The notes beneath the pieces are model-generated. The model saw only the letters and a program-made list of their open reading frames with translations. It searched no databases and was not told the origin of the DNA. This document shows, in pieces, positions 36,921 through 51,163 of a stretch of 64,000 bases of DNA. The stretch covers positions 66,464,001 through 66,528,000 of the forward strand of contig CM075981.1 of the NCBI GenBank assembly GCA_038087875.1, read 5' to 3'. Numbering within the stretch: the stretch's first letter is position 1; every line of letters begins with the position of its first letter. Origin of the DNA: Malacoraja senta. Lineage: Eukaryota. The translations under genes were made by a program, and so were the position numbers.

Positions 36921-39900
36921 TCGTCTCCCTGACCTGTCTACACATATGAAAAGGTGAAAAGAAGAGCCTGTGCGCCAGCCAATAATGTCTCAGCTGCCCC
37001 AGTTTGTGCTGTACCCTTTATTGATTTTGATTTTGGACTCAACCATCAATTAGCATGCTCTGTGCTAACAAATTCTAAAGTTAGGTCAAAAGTGTGCCAG
37101 TAAAAATACAGGTCTCTAAACATGAATGATGCAGAATCCAAGATTGAAACAAAGGGTAAATCTCCACATGGGAGAGGGTTGCAACAATCCAGGAATGACT
37201 TGGAGTTTCAAGGGATTCATTTTTAACCTCCATAATACTGCAAACCAGGACCAAAATCATAGTCATTCAAAAATATTTTCTCTTTAAATTTTCTTTGAAC
37301 ATTATTGGGAAGAGGCTCTTTGACCTGGAATGTGTCATCCACTTAGATAATAAGATCTGTTGACTCGTCAACAGAGCTGGAAGGGCAGGGAAACCATTCC
37401 TGGCAATTTGTAACAGGTGTGATGGAAGGTGGGAGGTCTTGTGATGAAATCTCCTGGAACTGGTCCAAACTTGGCCACGCTGGTTGCAGGGGAAGGATGA
37501 AGTGGCAATGTATTTGCTATCGGCTTGGTGAAAAGAATGAAACTACCTGGAATGTACTTGGCACCTGTCCACCAATGGAATTGTCATGTGTAGTCTCCAA
37601 GCGGGGGCCATCACCTCAGTGAAACTGGAGCAATTACTGTTGTGCCACACTGCAGCAGAAGGGGATCTTGCAATTTGAAGGTTTCCTGCAGTCTGTGCAA
37701 CCACATATCCCTTTGTTAGATTTTCATGTTTTTCAGTGTTATGCTCAGAAATATATAAAATGAAAATGACATTTGATTTTCTTTTAAAATGTTTAATTTT
37801 CAACACTTAATTTTCCTTCTTCCTTTTGTGGCCCAGGAATATTTGAGATTCACTGTATTCTGGACTCTTATGTTTTTGTGAATAATCCTGATGCTTGAAA
37901 TATCATAGGTATGGACAGACCCAGTGAACCAACTGGTCATTCCCTCCCCGTCACTGTTCCTCTTAGCCTTATAACCTGGAGCTCTCGCTGAACAATAACC
38001 ATCAATAGCATTCCTGAACTCACGGTAGTATGTTCCCTGCTCGCTAAACATTCCCTGAGGGAGATGCATCTGTTCCACTGTGAACAGCCGGAAGAGCTTT
38101 TATTTTATTCTCCTCTCCTTGAACCAGAGGCAGGGCTGAGGAAGTACTAAGAGAATTGAAATAAATAGGGTGACCTTCACTTTAAATGTTCAATGGATAG
38201 CTCCTAATCCTGCACTTATAACTGTAAAATAAATGGAGGCAACGCAAGAGGCTATTTGGGGCTACATTCCCAGCTTCCTTCTTGATCTGAGAAATAGCAC
38301 AACAGAGGGAAAGAAGTGAAAAGAAGACCGATGATCATTTTTTCCCAACATACCAGGTCAGGTCTTGCCCAGTTTTCTTCAACTGGAATGATGACCAACT
38401 AGGTTCAGTTTACTCGCTACGGGTGGTCTCTTCGGCATTTGCCAAGGTTTTGCAAAGTCCTGGACCAATGGGTGGGAGCTCACAACATGAAACCATAACA
38501 ATATTTTGTCTGATTTAATAATAATAATAATAATAATAATAGATTTTATTTATATAGCGCTTTTCAGGACTCAAAGTCGCTTTTTAGATACGAACAGTGA
38601 GCATCTAAATCAGCACCAGGGGTGTACACGATCCAATTATCCCCAGTGTGCCCAAATACAAATCAGCACACAGTTGGTTGGGAAGACCCTGCCAAGTTTA
38701 GTCAACCCAATATGTTTCCTTATTATGCAGTTATTAAAGGGTTAAGTTGTACCTCCGGTTACTTATAAAGGGAAACCAGCAGTCCAGTAATGCTAAACTA
38801 ACTTTGCACTTGATAACACTGGGAAGCTTTTTCAGGACCGTCAACTCCTCCTGACGAGTGAGAAGAATTATGGACCAAGCAGTGAGATGCATTGGCTTCT
38901 TTCCCACCAAAACCCATTAGAAATAAGTTTACAGCATACAATAACTCACTTGGAGACAGCTTGTCCCCTTCTTGAATCCCAGGAGTTGGGGCACAACTAA
39001 AAATGACACTCTGGATGGCTCCTCTCCTGTAAATTGGGACAAATCCTAAACTAACTCACTTGCGATTATATTGGAAGGTGATTAAGATCTTGTTCAAGAT
39101 AGGATAGCATCTTAAACTCCCCCTTTCCACTCCAGGAGCATATGAATTAGGAATTAATTATTGTAGCTGTATTCCCCCCCCCCCCCCCCCCTCCCCATCC
39201 TTAAATCAAGGTACGTTTTGTCCTAAAACAAAAACAAATATTTTGTCTTTATCTGTTGTTTAGTAACTTCTTATTTTTCTTCTTGCCATATATAATCCCT
39301 TCCATAAACTCCAACTCATCAATTGTTCTCCAGTCTAGAATAATTATTTTATCTTCTCTACTCTGTTATGTTTTTTTTTTAAACTATTGCCTGAATCTGA
39401 TTCCAAATGTTGATGCAACTTTGGTTTTGGACTACTTCCCACTCTGAGATAATCCCATAGAAGAGTTAAGGAGAATTCCTCATGGTCATTGTTCTAGTTG
39501 AGTGTGATGAGTTGCCACTTGCACTATACCCCACAGGATCAGCTACCGACTGACTTAAAAAAAGACCACCACCAACCCACCTCTTCATTTGCACCTCGAT
39601 ATGGAAAATAAGATCCCTTTGGGCAGATACTACAATGCTTTCAACTTTGGCTTTCATTTGCATCTCATGTCGATAAGGTTGCCAAGGCCAGCACTTATTG
39701 GACACCCCCAAACTATCCTCCCAAAGGTGATGGTGAGTGACCTTCTTGAGTCAGTGTCATCTGTGTGATGAAGATTGATGTAGTAATTCAGGCATTTAAG
39801 AGTAAACCACATTGCTCTGGGTCAGGAGCCTGACGGGGTAAAGCAGTGCAGACTTCCTCAGTGAAGCAGATGGGTATTTGTGACAGTTCAGTAGTTTTAT

Positions 39901-40569
39901 AGTCTCCATTACTGGTACTGCCATTCCAGATTTAGCAATTAACAGTTCCAGTGTGGAACTTGAAATTTCCAGATCATTAGACTAAATCTCAGATTGCAGG
40001 TTTAGTAGTTTAACCACCTCTGCTCCTGTTCTTGTGAAATACTTCACAGCTTCAGGGTCTTTGATCTAATCCATGCATGTCTATCTGCTGCAAGAGATCA
40101 CCACTCCAGCGGGATATTTAAGTCTTAAATGAATAAACTCATCATTCTGGGTCTTATGGCCCTGTTCATTCTGGTTGCAGTAAATGAGTGTTAATTAAAT
40201 CCACAAATATACCCCCATTGAAAGCAAGGGCTTGAACTCTTTATTAACAGACGCCAGTGGACTGGGCAGCTCCTCACACATGGCAGTCACCAATGAATCT
40301 CTGGGACAAATGCACAGCTAAACTCTATTTATATACAGATTATTTTTAATCAGCACAAAGCCTAGGTGTGAATGATGAGATAATTAACTTTCAACAGCCC
40401 TCAGAATACACAGGCACATGAAGACCTTAAGCTTTGCAATTGTTCTCTCCTCTTTACTCCCCCTCTATATCTTTGCATTTAAGATAATTTTACCATTGGA
40501 TTTGATTGTTATTCTTCTAATTTTTGAGGTCGACAGTGTTACATTCTCTCCATGTCCATTATTCATGCA

Positions 40570-40915
40570 TTATTAGAGTCATAGATTCATAGAGTCATAC
40601 AGCATGGAAACAGGCCCTTCAGCCCAACTTGTCCCAGTTGACCAACATGTCCCATCTATACTAGTCCCACCTGCTTATATCCTTCCTTATCCTATCATAT
40701 CCATGTACCTGTCTAAATGTTTCTTAAACATTGTGATAGGACCTGCCTCAACTATCTCCTCCAGCAGCTTGTTCTATATACCTAACACCCTTTGTTTAAA
40801 ATAGTTGCCTCTCAGGTTCCTTTTAAATCCTTTCACCCTCATCTTAAATCCATTTCCTCAGATTCTTGATTCCCATACTCTAGGTAAAAGACTGTGCATT
40901 ACACTATTTATTCCT
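40570..40915 (-). mobile_element. CR1 3' end; inverted partner at 41266-41366
   Basis: (atagagtc) tail and 3'UTR. Confidence 0.85.
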
Positions 40916-42074
40916 GGACGATAGGAATTTCACTGAAACCCTGTACAATGCAATCTTCATCAATTGCCTACATATTTTACATTACAATATGGTGGTGGGG
41001 TAGCAGTGGCAAGAAGATCATCTGAGACTTTAGGCTGCTAACCTTTAGTGATTTCTAAAGGAATCCTTACTTCTTAACCAACATCTGTTCCTCTTCTGCA
41101 TAGTGTCTGAAGCAAACTATGGAATTCAGGCAGGGAACAAATAGTTAAGCCACTGAATTCAAACTTGTCCTGGCTACATTGGCATATTTCTAGGTCCAAG
41201 TGGCCAAGTTGAGCCTCTTCCATTAATAAACCTATGATCAGGAGTTGTCACAACTGGGCAGAAGAGGGACTAGTGTAGATGGGACATGTTGGTCAGCTGG
41301 GGCAAGTTGGACGGAAGGACCTGTTTCCATATGACTCTATGAATCTATGACTCTAATAATGCATGATGCAAGTGTGGTCACTGAAACCAGGAAAAAACCC
41401 AGGGTGGGTGACTGGTCTCTCTGCTAACGCACAGAGAGTCACGAAAAAAACACGAGTTCCCTGTTAACATCGCATTCAGGGTACCCATAGAACTTACTCT
41501 TTATGAGACACTTTAGGCTGCTTCAGTTGTGTGATGACGATGTATCAATGCAAATTTAGCCTAAATACTCAGTTTTCTTCCTCGCACATAAATGGGTCTG
41601 TCTAAGAGTAATGCAGAAAACTACCATATTCTGTATTTGGTCAGTTGTTCTGCACATCCTACCCTGATTGATCAGTTGTTCTGCACCATTCCCTGTACTT
41701 CTATTGGTCGGTTGTCTTCCTGCCCTCACCCTATCCCCATTGTTGAATTATCCACTGTCCTCACCCCACCCCCATTGGTCTGCTACCCCGCACTGATTTC
41801 ATGCTCCCTGCTTAATCGAACCAATAACTTTCACTCCGCTGTTGACCCATTATTTATCTCCTCTGCAACCATATTTGGGGCTACTTAACAGCATCCTTCA
41901 GTCATTATTGCCATCTACTTCTCAAGATCAGCATTGGCTTGGTATTTTATGAAAATCACAAGATTGCAGATGCTCAAAAACTGAAATAAAAACTGGAAAA
42001 ACTCAGCAGGTCAGTGGTAAGAGAAACAGAGATAATATTTCAAGTTGAAGAATGTTCTATCAAAGGGTCTTTTA

Positions 42075-42384
42075 ATTTAGTTTAGAGATACAGCGAGGAA
42101 ACAGACCCTTCGACCCACCGAGTCCGCGCCGACCAGCGATCCCTGCACACTAATACTGTCCTGCACACACTAGGGACAATTTACAAGTTTGACCAAAGCC
42201 AATTAACCTACAAGCCTGCACTTCTTTGGAGTGTGGGAGGAAACCGGAGCACCCAGAGAAAAACCCACGCAGGTCATGGGGAGAACTTACAAACTCCGTA
42301 CAGGCAGCACCCGCAGTCAGGATCGAACCCGGGTCTCTAGCGCTGTAATGCAGCAACTCTACTGCTGTGCCACCGTGCCTGCCG
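42075..42384 (-). mobile_element. Young HE1/V-SINE inside an old PLE terminal fragment
   Basis: Antisense ggcacggtggcacagcagtagag...gggttcgatcc; (ctaaa)n tail. Confidence 0.92.
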
Positions 42385-43342
42385 TCTTTGACCTGAACCA
42401 TTGACTTAGTTTCTTCTTCCACAAATGTTGCCTGATCTGCTCAGTGTTTCCAGCAGCTTCTAATTTAATTAGAACTGTTTTAATTTGGTAAATTATACAG
42501 TTGCTTTGAGCTTTTTTTGTGAGCTATGAATTGCATTTGTTTGGGCTTGTGTTATTCAGAGATTGTAAGGGGCTATACTTTTAATCATCAACCAATCCTC
42601 CCTCCACCTTCCAACTGTCGAGCAATAGAGGGTTCTGAGTCTGGAAGCCATGTGCTGGTATGCTGCTTATTTTGGTCATATTTGAACAGAAAGTGCTGCG
42701 TATCTTTCTCACAAGATGTAGCAGCACTGGGCCCTTTGAATTTTGACTACAAGCTCCACATACAGTACACACAATGGAGATACATCAAATAGAGAGAAAA
42801 CAATGTCCGAGGAATGTATGCAACAATTTCCACTATTAACAGAACTTTGGACTAAAACATAGACACGGAATAACAAACACTGCAAATGAAGGCTCACGTT
42901 GTTGAAATCACCGCAAGAGTTTTAGTTACTCAACTTACAAATTTCAAGGCAGCATGAAGCTTGCATAAAGGAAAGAATAAACAGAATGGAAACAGAAGAC
43001 AGGAAGATGCCATGGAAGAGGACTGAAAGAAGACAAAGCAATGGAAAGCAATGGCAGAGGGAGATTCAGGATCACAGAGAAAGAAAAGGTCTGAATCAGG
43101 TGAGGAGGAGAGACCTCAGGACTAGCAGCAAAGAATGAAGGCTTGAAGCAGTCAATCAATACCAGGGCATCATTGATATCATAACAAATAAAGCAAGTGT
43201 CACCTGTTCCACTCTGGAAGGTTAACACAGAATTAAGGAAATACGTAGTCAGGATGGCATTGATGCCTTGCACTTTGCATAGTGTGACCGGTGGAAGACC
43301 ACCTGTCTGTGGGACTATGAGGGAAAGAGATGGCTCTCCGAA

Positions 43343-43880
43343 CAGATGCGCCGTAGAAATCTGTACACTGGGACAGATCGGGATGCATCACAGCATGGTT
43401 TGGGAACAGCTCCATCCAAGACCGCAAGAAATTGCAGAGAATAGTGGACGCAGCCCAGATCATCACACAAACCAACCTCCCTTCTATTAACTCCATTTAT
43501 ACCTCACGCTGCCTCGGCAAGGCCACCAGCATTATCAAGGATGAAAAGGTATAGAAGTGTGAAAACTCACACCTCCAGATTCAGGGACAGTTTTTTCCCA
43601 GCTGTTATCAGGCAACTGAACCATCCTACCACAACTAGAGCACAGTCCTGAACTCCTATCTACCTTATTGGAGACCCTCAGAGTATCTTTGATCAGACTT
43701 TACTGGCTTTATCTTGTACTAAACGTTATTCATGTTATTTGCTTTATCGTGTATCTGCACACTGTGAATGGCTCGATTGTAATCATGTATTGTCTTTCCG
43801 CTGACTGGTTAGCACGCACCAAATGCTTTTCACTGTACCTCGGTTGGTACACATGACAATAAACTAAACTAACTAAGTAA
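43343..43880 (+). mobile_element. Rex1/Babar 3' end
   Basis: GCITAWFGNSSIQDRKKLQRIVDAAQ; RFRDSFFPAVIRQLN; (taaac)n tail. Confidence 0.9.
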
Positions 43881-46199
43881 ACGGGAACAGGTAAGCCACT
43901 TCCTTGTGAAAAGCGTACACCTTTGATTCTCAGGCAAATGAGGAGAGAGATGTCCTGCAGATTGTACCAGATGACCGTTGATTTCTAACTTGGCTGAATC
44001 AGCTCTCATCACACTCTCCGATTTATCAACCAGCTTTCTGCACTCTGCTCCTGAAGATGCCAGCCTTCGCTGCAGTACCAGTGGAGCATTCACCAACAGG
44101 AGGCTCCTGGCATGGAGTTTAAGTCAGCAGGAATGCGATTTGGTTGAGCAAATAAATGTCAGCTCTTCGGCTCTATAGGATTAATAGGCAAGTCCAATCT
44201 GCCCACTCTCCTGCAGTGCGCTGTCGTACTCTGGCCAATCCTGCTCTTGTTTCTGTCCAGTGAAGGCCAACAGACAGCCGTCAGAAAAAGTTATGCAGGT
44301 GGGATTCTGCTCCACAAACATATAGAGAGTTCAGCAGCAACACAAGCCATTCAGTCCAACTGGTCAGTGCCAACCTCCTTTCCCCAACTTCATTGCGCTC
44401 TGTCAATAGAACCTTCTATTTGTTTCTCCTTCATCTGTTCCATTCCCACCAACACTTTGCACCTGCATTTCACAACCACTCCACTCTGAAGTGGCCTGCT
44501 TCAGGGAAATATTAGTGACTAACACTTTAGTTCTAAGTTCCCTACAGGCGGCTGTAGCTTCCCTGCAATTTCCCCGTTGAATCTTGTTGTAATATTAAAG
44601 ATCTCCTTCAGTTTAGCACTGAGAGTTGCAGTCTCTCCCATATTCCCTGATCGGTATCCACTCTCCGTTTTTCTTTGACTAGCAGTAGACAGCAGGCAAT
44701 ACCTATACATCTCTCCTGGAGCTCTTTTCCATTTTCTACATCCAGGTGCAAAATCACCCGCCCTCTCTCTGTTTTCCAGTTGAATTCAATGATTTCAGGT
44801 AACTTACTTGCCTGTTTCAATACTGGCCAATTCTGCTGTAGGTTATCAATCTATCAATCTATAATATTAATCCAATTATTTCCTCTCCTGATTTGCAAGG
44901 CATTTCTGCTTCCCATTTCATTACTCTGGCCTACACTGCACAATTCCTGCATGTTGATTTGTTTTCTCTTCATCTAACTGTTCCCATTCATTTATTAACC
45001 AGATGGCTTCATCAATTGTTTATCACCATGGCAACCTTGTCATCACACTCTCAAAGATATTCCCTTTGTCCTAAACAACTCTCCTCACGCTCTTTACAAC
45101 TTTCTTTCATTTCCAGTGGTCCATGGCCGATCATTTACCAGAAATGCTAACTCTTTCTTCACAGAGGCTGCCTGACCTGCTGAATGTTTCCACCATTTTC
45201 TGTTTTCGCTCCATTTGTTTCCATCACCGCGAGGGTCAAATGGAGGAGTAAATGGACCTCACCCTGTGCCACGGTGTGCTGAATATGTGACGTGTGTAGA
45301 GCTTACACTTGATTAAGGAACAGCCCACCCCTCCCCCACCAACAAAAATAAGGTCATTGGTGAAGCTTTCCTTTTAAAAATTAGTGCTGCGTTAAAAGCT
45401 CTTGACTGGAGCTGTCTGCAAAGATCGCCACTGCATCATTGCAACTGGGTATTCATGGGAGAAAGGTCTCAGACAATTCTCTCCATGCCGACCACAGCAT
45501 AGCAGCATGACAGGTCAGCATAGAGATGAGGAAAGAAGGAGAAGGGAGGACGTGACTTCAGTGTGTAAGGCCACCCCACATCCCAATCAATCCTGTCTTA
45601 CCCACAAGAGGTGCAAAAGCTGCTCATTACTCTGCAGAGATATTTGTGTGTACTTCTATTACACATATTTACAATGAGCACGTGAGACTTAGGTATGTTC
45701 TGATAAATATGGAGCATGAAATTCTAAGAGTAATGGATGCAGATACAGTAGCTGTGTTGTAATGCCCCAGTGTGGGCCTCATTCTTAAATATAGAAAGAA
45801 CAGTACAGCATGGGCCCTCAATGTCCATGCCAAACATGATGCAAAACCTATTCTGCTCTGCCTGCATCTATATCCCTCCATATTTTTTTTCTTTGATATC
45901 TTCAACTGTGCAAATATCACAGGAAAATTGTTAGCTCCTTAAGGGCGAATCACATTGACTGGAAAGGTCTGATCCAAATTTCCCAATGGAAGCCATTGTG
46001 CAGGTCATGTGCAAAATGATTTTACTATAAACACGGTGCTAGTCTCCAACTCCCCATCTACCACTGAGCCAATTTAGGCAAGTTACATGTTGAATTAGAG
46101 ATTAATTTCACCACTCCAATATCTACCCTCTTCTCACAGCAGCACCAATCCTCCACACTCCACAACCAGCGCGCGCAACCACACAGCAACAAGCTTCCA

Positions 46200-47460
46200 C
46201 CTTCCTCTCATTGTCCCATCTTCTCCACACTGCACCACCCAGCCACACACCACACAACACTGCACCACCCAGACACACATTGCACCATCCAAACACCCCA
46301 CACACAGCACCACCCACACACACTCCACACTGCACCACACACACACACACACACTCCATCACCCACACACACTCCTCACTGCACCACACACACACACTCC
46401 ACACTCCATCACCCACACACACTCCACACTGCACCACACACACACACTCCACACTGCACCACACACACACACACACTCCATCACCCACACGCACTTCACA
46501 CTGCACCNNNNNNNNNNNNNNNNNNNNNNNNNNNNNNNNNNNNNNNNNNNNNNNNNNNNNNNNNNNNNNNNNNNNNNNNNNNNNNNNNNNNNNNNNNNNN
46601 NNNNNNNNNNNNNNNNNNNNNNNNNNNNNNNNNNNNNNNNNNNNNNNNNNNNNNNNNNNNNNNNNNNNNNNNNACACACACACACTCCATCACCCACACA
46701 CACTCCAAACTCCACCACCCACACACACACAGTCCACACTGCACCACACACACACACACACTCCACACTGCACCACACACACACACACACACTCCACACT
46801 CCACCACCCACACACACACACACTCCACCACACACACACTCCACCACACACACGCACACTCCACACTGCACCACACACACACACAGTCCACACTGCACTA
46901 CACACACACACACACTCCACACTCCACCACCCACACACACACACACACTCCACCACACACACACACACTCCACACTGCACCACACACACACACAGTCCAC
47001 ACTGCACCACACACACACACACACTCCACACTCCACCACCCACCCACACACACACACTCCACCACACACACACACACTCCACACTGCACCACACACACAC
47101 ACACACTCCACCACCCACACATACTCCACACTGCACCACGCTGCACGCTGACCTACACACACACCACGCTGCACCACACCCAGAGACACCACATCACCCA
47201 CACCTCCTACACACTGCACTACCCACACACCCTACAAACTGCACCACACACACACACACACACCCTACATGCTGACCTACACCACACACACTCCACACTG
47301 CACCACCCATAGACCCCTACATGCTGAACCACACCCAGAGATGCTGCATCACTCATACCCCCATACTTTGCACTATCCCACACACCCTCCACATTTCACG
47401 ACATACCCACACATCCTCCACACTGTGCCACCCATGGACACATTCTGCACCCTCACACTC
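46200..47460. repeat. Compound CA-rich repeat (cacactccacactgcac(ca)n) with assembly gap 46508-46673
   Basis: Directly visible; 166 N. Confidence 0.97.
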
Positions 47461-49044
47461 CATCCTTAATACTTCTTCCACCCCATAAATGACCCAGGTT
47501 CTAACTCCTGATATGATCCTTCCGGGACAGCCACTGAACCAGCATCACAACACTGGTATAGGCCAAGGATTGGGAGCTCATTCTCTGTCCATCAATTTTC
47601 CACACTGGGACATTTCTGGGTGACTGGTGGAAGTACCAGTCACTTGGAGCCTCTTACACCTCCCCAGACTGAAGGTGTGGGCCTTTGTCCCTTTCTCTCA
47701 TACGTGATGGCCAGCCGTCTAGTAACTGCCTCCTTAAATATTCACACCTCTCTCTCTTCTTGTGTAGTTGTTGATCAAACCCTAACATCTAGTCAGAGGT
47801 CTTGCCATAAAATTCTGTTTACTCATTGCTGTTGTGGAGAACATTGGAAATGTCAACGTTCTGCAGCTATGTGTTACTGTGGCAGTAGTCTGGATCCCTG
47901 CTTCACTCCTGGGTAGGTTATGGTGTAGCTCCAGGGAAGTACCCAGGCCAACTCTACTCTGGGGACAATTTGCATTTGGACTTGAAGCAATGGGCAGGAG
48001 GAAGGGATAGGTGGGAAATTGGAAGGGCCAACAGGACAGACAGGCAGAGTGCAGGTAAAAGCTGAATCATTGCTTCCATATGTGGAAGGCGGAGTGGAAG
48101 TCCCGAAGATACAAACGCAGAGGCTCTACTAAGCATTTATCTCTCAGGCAGCCTCCCCCTATAGCAAAAAAAACTCCACACCTGGGCACTGCTGGGAGTA
48201 AAGCCACAGCTGTTTTATTAAAAGCCTTTTTCCATATTCTTTGAATGTTTATGTTCATTAATGTGGCAAAAAAAACCAGAGCAAAGTGGGTATTTGAGAC
48301 ATATCCAGTCAGGTAACGCTGACCTTCTTGCTCACCAGGTTTCATGGCGAGGATTGGCGTGTGGGTGGAGGATGGGTGGCTTGTAGGAGGATACAACCTT
48401 AAGGATGCCCCCAGCCAGAATTGGCAGCCTTATTCTTATCCCAGAGTTGTTCTTCTTTTCAGTATCCCAGAGGTCCGACCCACAGGGACACTTCTAAAAC
48501 TAAAAGAGCTATTTCCCAAGGAACAAGGAGTCACATACACCACCTTGTATGTGATTTGAAAGACTCAGTGTGGGGCACAATCAGCGCTGACTCTACCCCC
48601 ACTACTCACATTCATTGGTGACAGATTGTGCTTTAATGAGTAATGGCAACCACGAGTTGGGAGCGATGAAAGAATACAGGTTTCCACCGGTTATCCTGAT
48701 TGATTTATTGGGAGGATTCTCAGCATTTTTTTTTTTCACAAACCAGTCATTTTCTTTACTCATTGCCATTTCCCAATCTCCCTTCACCACTGACCCAGCT
48801 GCACCGAATGCCTCTGTTATTCGTGGCTTCCACCAATTCCTTGGGTGCAAAGTGAGGTCAGTGTAAGAAGACAGAGGGTAGATTTACATGTTAAATTCCA
48901 CCAGGCTGCGCTGGGTCTTTCCCCAGGGAAGGGTGAGCCTCTCGGACGTGTTGCCAGATGGGGTGAAGGGGTTGACTCTCTGTCTTCATGAGGGGTGTAA
49001 CCACTTGTGGAGATACCTCATGGGAGGTGGGTAGCATTCAGACA

Positions 49045-49402
49045 AATGGATACAAGGAATTGTAGATGCTAGTTTACAAAAATAGACACAAAGTGATGGA
49101 GTAATTCAACAGGTCAGGCAGAATGTGGACAGGTACATTTCGGGTCGGGACCCTTCCTCAGACTGATTATGGTGGGCGGAGGAGAAAGCGGAGGAGAAAG
49201 CTGGAAGAGAGGACTGGCACGGCAAAGCCTGGTGATGGATAGGTGGACAAAGGTGAGGGGGGATTTAATTGGCAGATGGTTGGACAAAGACCGAGATGAA
49301 AAGGCAAAAGATGAGAAAGGTAGAAATGGCTGTGAGTCCAGGTGGGGCACAAGGAACGGGGGTTGTATGTAGGTAGTTACCTAAAATCGGAGAATTCAAT
49401 GT
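49045..49402 (-). mobile_element. PLE 3' end with HHR-like core
   Basis: Antisense IEFSDFR*; ctgaggaagggtcccgacccgaaatgta. Confidence 0.8.
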
Positions 49403-49404
49403 GA

Positions 49405-49705
49405 GGGAATATGGGGCTGTGGGTGAGGGGGTGTGCGGCTGGGAGAGTGAGTGAATGTGGAGTGGGAGTGTGACGGAATATGGAGCTGTGAGTGTGGGTG
49501 GATGTGGGGGCAGAGTGTGGATGGAGGCGAGGCTGTGAGTTTGAGTGGATGTGATATTGGGAGTGAGAGTGGATGTGGGATTGGGAGTATGGGTGGATGT
49601 GGGGTTGTGAGATGATGGGATGTGAGGCTGTGAGAGTGAGTGATGTCAGGCTGGGAGTGTGAGGAGATGTGGTGTTGATGTGGAGTGGTCATGGGAGTGG
49701 TGTGC
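49405..49705. repeat. GT/GA-rich low-complexity tract
   Basis: gtgggagtgtga-like units. Confidence 0.75.
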
Positions 49706-50961
49706 TGGTTGGAATGGCAGCCAGTTCACTGGGGGGCAGCGATGGAGCTCATCATGCCTTCATGTAAGGCTGGTTCGCTCCCGCTGTTGGTTCTCTGCCT
49801 TCCCCTGACCCACGAGCTTCCCCGAGTGTCTCTCCTGCCTCCCCTCGTGCCCCCATGCCCACTCACCCACCAGTGGATGCCAGCGAGCCCACCAGTCCCT
49901 GCAGTCTTTCCCACAAGTTAGTCCTGCCTCTTCTCCAGTTTCTTACTCACACGATGTCCCATGGTGACATCATCCCATTGCGCACTGGTTTATTTTATTT
50001 TGACAAAACCTCTGTGCCGTCCTGGGACGTTTTTGCTTCAACAAAAGCAAGTTATAAATGGAATGAAAATCACAAAAAATTGCCGAGCCTGGAAATCTGA
50101 AATAACAACAGAAGATGCTAGAAATACCCAGCAGGTCAAGCAACGTGGGATACCGTCTGACATGCTGAGTCTTTCCAGCATTTTCTCCTTTTATTTTCTT
50201 ACAAATTGAAGTAGTGCTGGCATTTCTGTTCATGGTGGAAACTAATATAGAATGAATCAAGCAAACAGGAAGTTTGTTTTTCTAAAGCTTGGGATCTTTA
50301 AAAGGATTGATAGCCACAAGTGCAAGTTTTGTTAAAATCAAATACTTGTTATTTCTGAGCCACAGACACAAAATCCAATCCAAATGCTACAAAAGCAGAA
50401 CTCTCCAAAATTAACTCTTTTGCTTGGAAATTAATTCCCGGTCAATAGCAGTAGCACAATCCCCACTTCTGGATTTCACTTTCTTTAGCTTCCAATTTTG
50501 GAGTCAGAATAATAGCCAGCTGTTACACTGAGCTCTGATAACCGGGGATATATTTCTAAGCAAGGAAGACTCAAACTACAATGTCTGTGGCAAGGCTGTA
50601 ACGGCATAAAGAATTGAAAATACTGGAAGCACTTAGCAGGTCAGACAAAGAGAAACAAAGTATACTCTTTTATCTCCCTCTACAGATGCTGCCTGACCTG
50701 CTGTGTGTTTCCAGTACTTCCTATTATTATTTTGGAGTTCCAGTATCTGCAGTTTTACATTTTCATAGACTGTAACTGGCCAACCCACTCAAATTTTGTT
50801 GAGGGGAACAAAGGGTCTATGACCTGTATCACATAGGGTCTATGACCTGCCTCCCATCAATGAGATGAGCAAACTTCATTCTCCTGCGTTATTCACTGGC
50901 AAAGGAGCTTCAGAAATGGCTTTTAGACATTCACTTTTAGGGGCAAGCAATAGTGCAGGAT

Positions 50962-51163
50962 ACACAAAAATGCTGGAGAAACTCAGCGGGTGCAGCAGCA
51001 TCTATGGAGCGAAGGAAATAGGCAACGTTTCGGGCCGAAACCCTTCTTCAGATCGAAACGTTGCCTATTTCCTTCGCTCCATAGATGCTGCTGCACCCGC
51101 TGAGTTTCTCCAGCATTTTTGTCTACCTTCGATTTTCCAGCATCAGCAGTTCCTTCTTAAACA
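50962..51163. mobile_element. Young PLE-derived fold-back element with hammerhead-like core
   Basis: Perfect 14-bp TSD caatagtgcaggat (50948-50961, 51164-51177); ~68-bp near-perfect inverted arms; minus strand CTGAAGAAGGGTTTCGGCCCGAAACGTTGCC. Confidence 0.92.

Noticed and set aside
38387-38465. C/D snoRNA-like ATGATGA
   Set aside because: No properly placed CTGA D box or terminal stem
43869-44710. Protein-like minus-strand ORFs (ECRKLVDKSESV..., SAKLKEIFNITT...)
   Set aside because: Short, no recognisable domain, no convincing splice pair
45017-45035. TGTTTAT + CCATGGCAAC (forkhead/RFX half-site)
   Set aside because: Appears to lie within an old PLE 3'UTR-like repeat (~44760-45210)
46123-47469. 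Long His/Thr- and Cys/Val-rich ORFs (up to 354 aa)
   Set aside because: Translations of the CA microsatellite, spanning an N gap
50812-50849. Twin IR1-like nuclear-receptor elements (GGGTCT-a-TGACCT)
   Set aside because: Mismatched half-site; more simply a 15-bp local duplication
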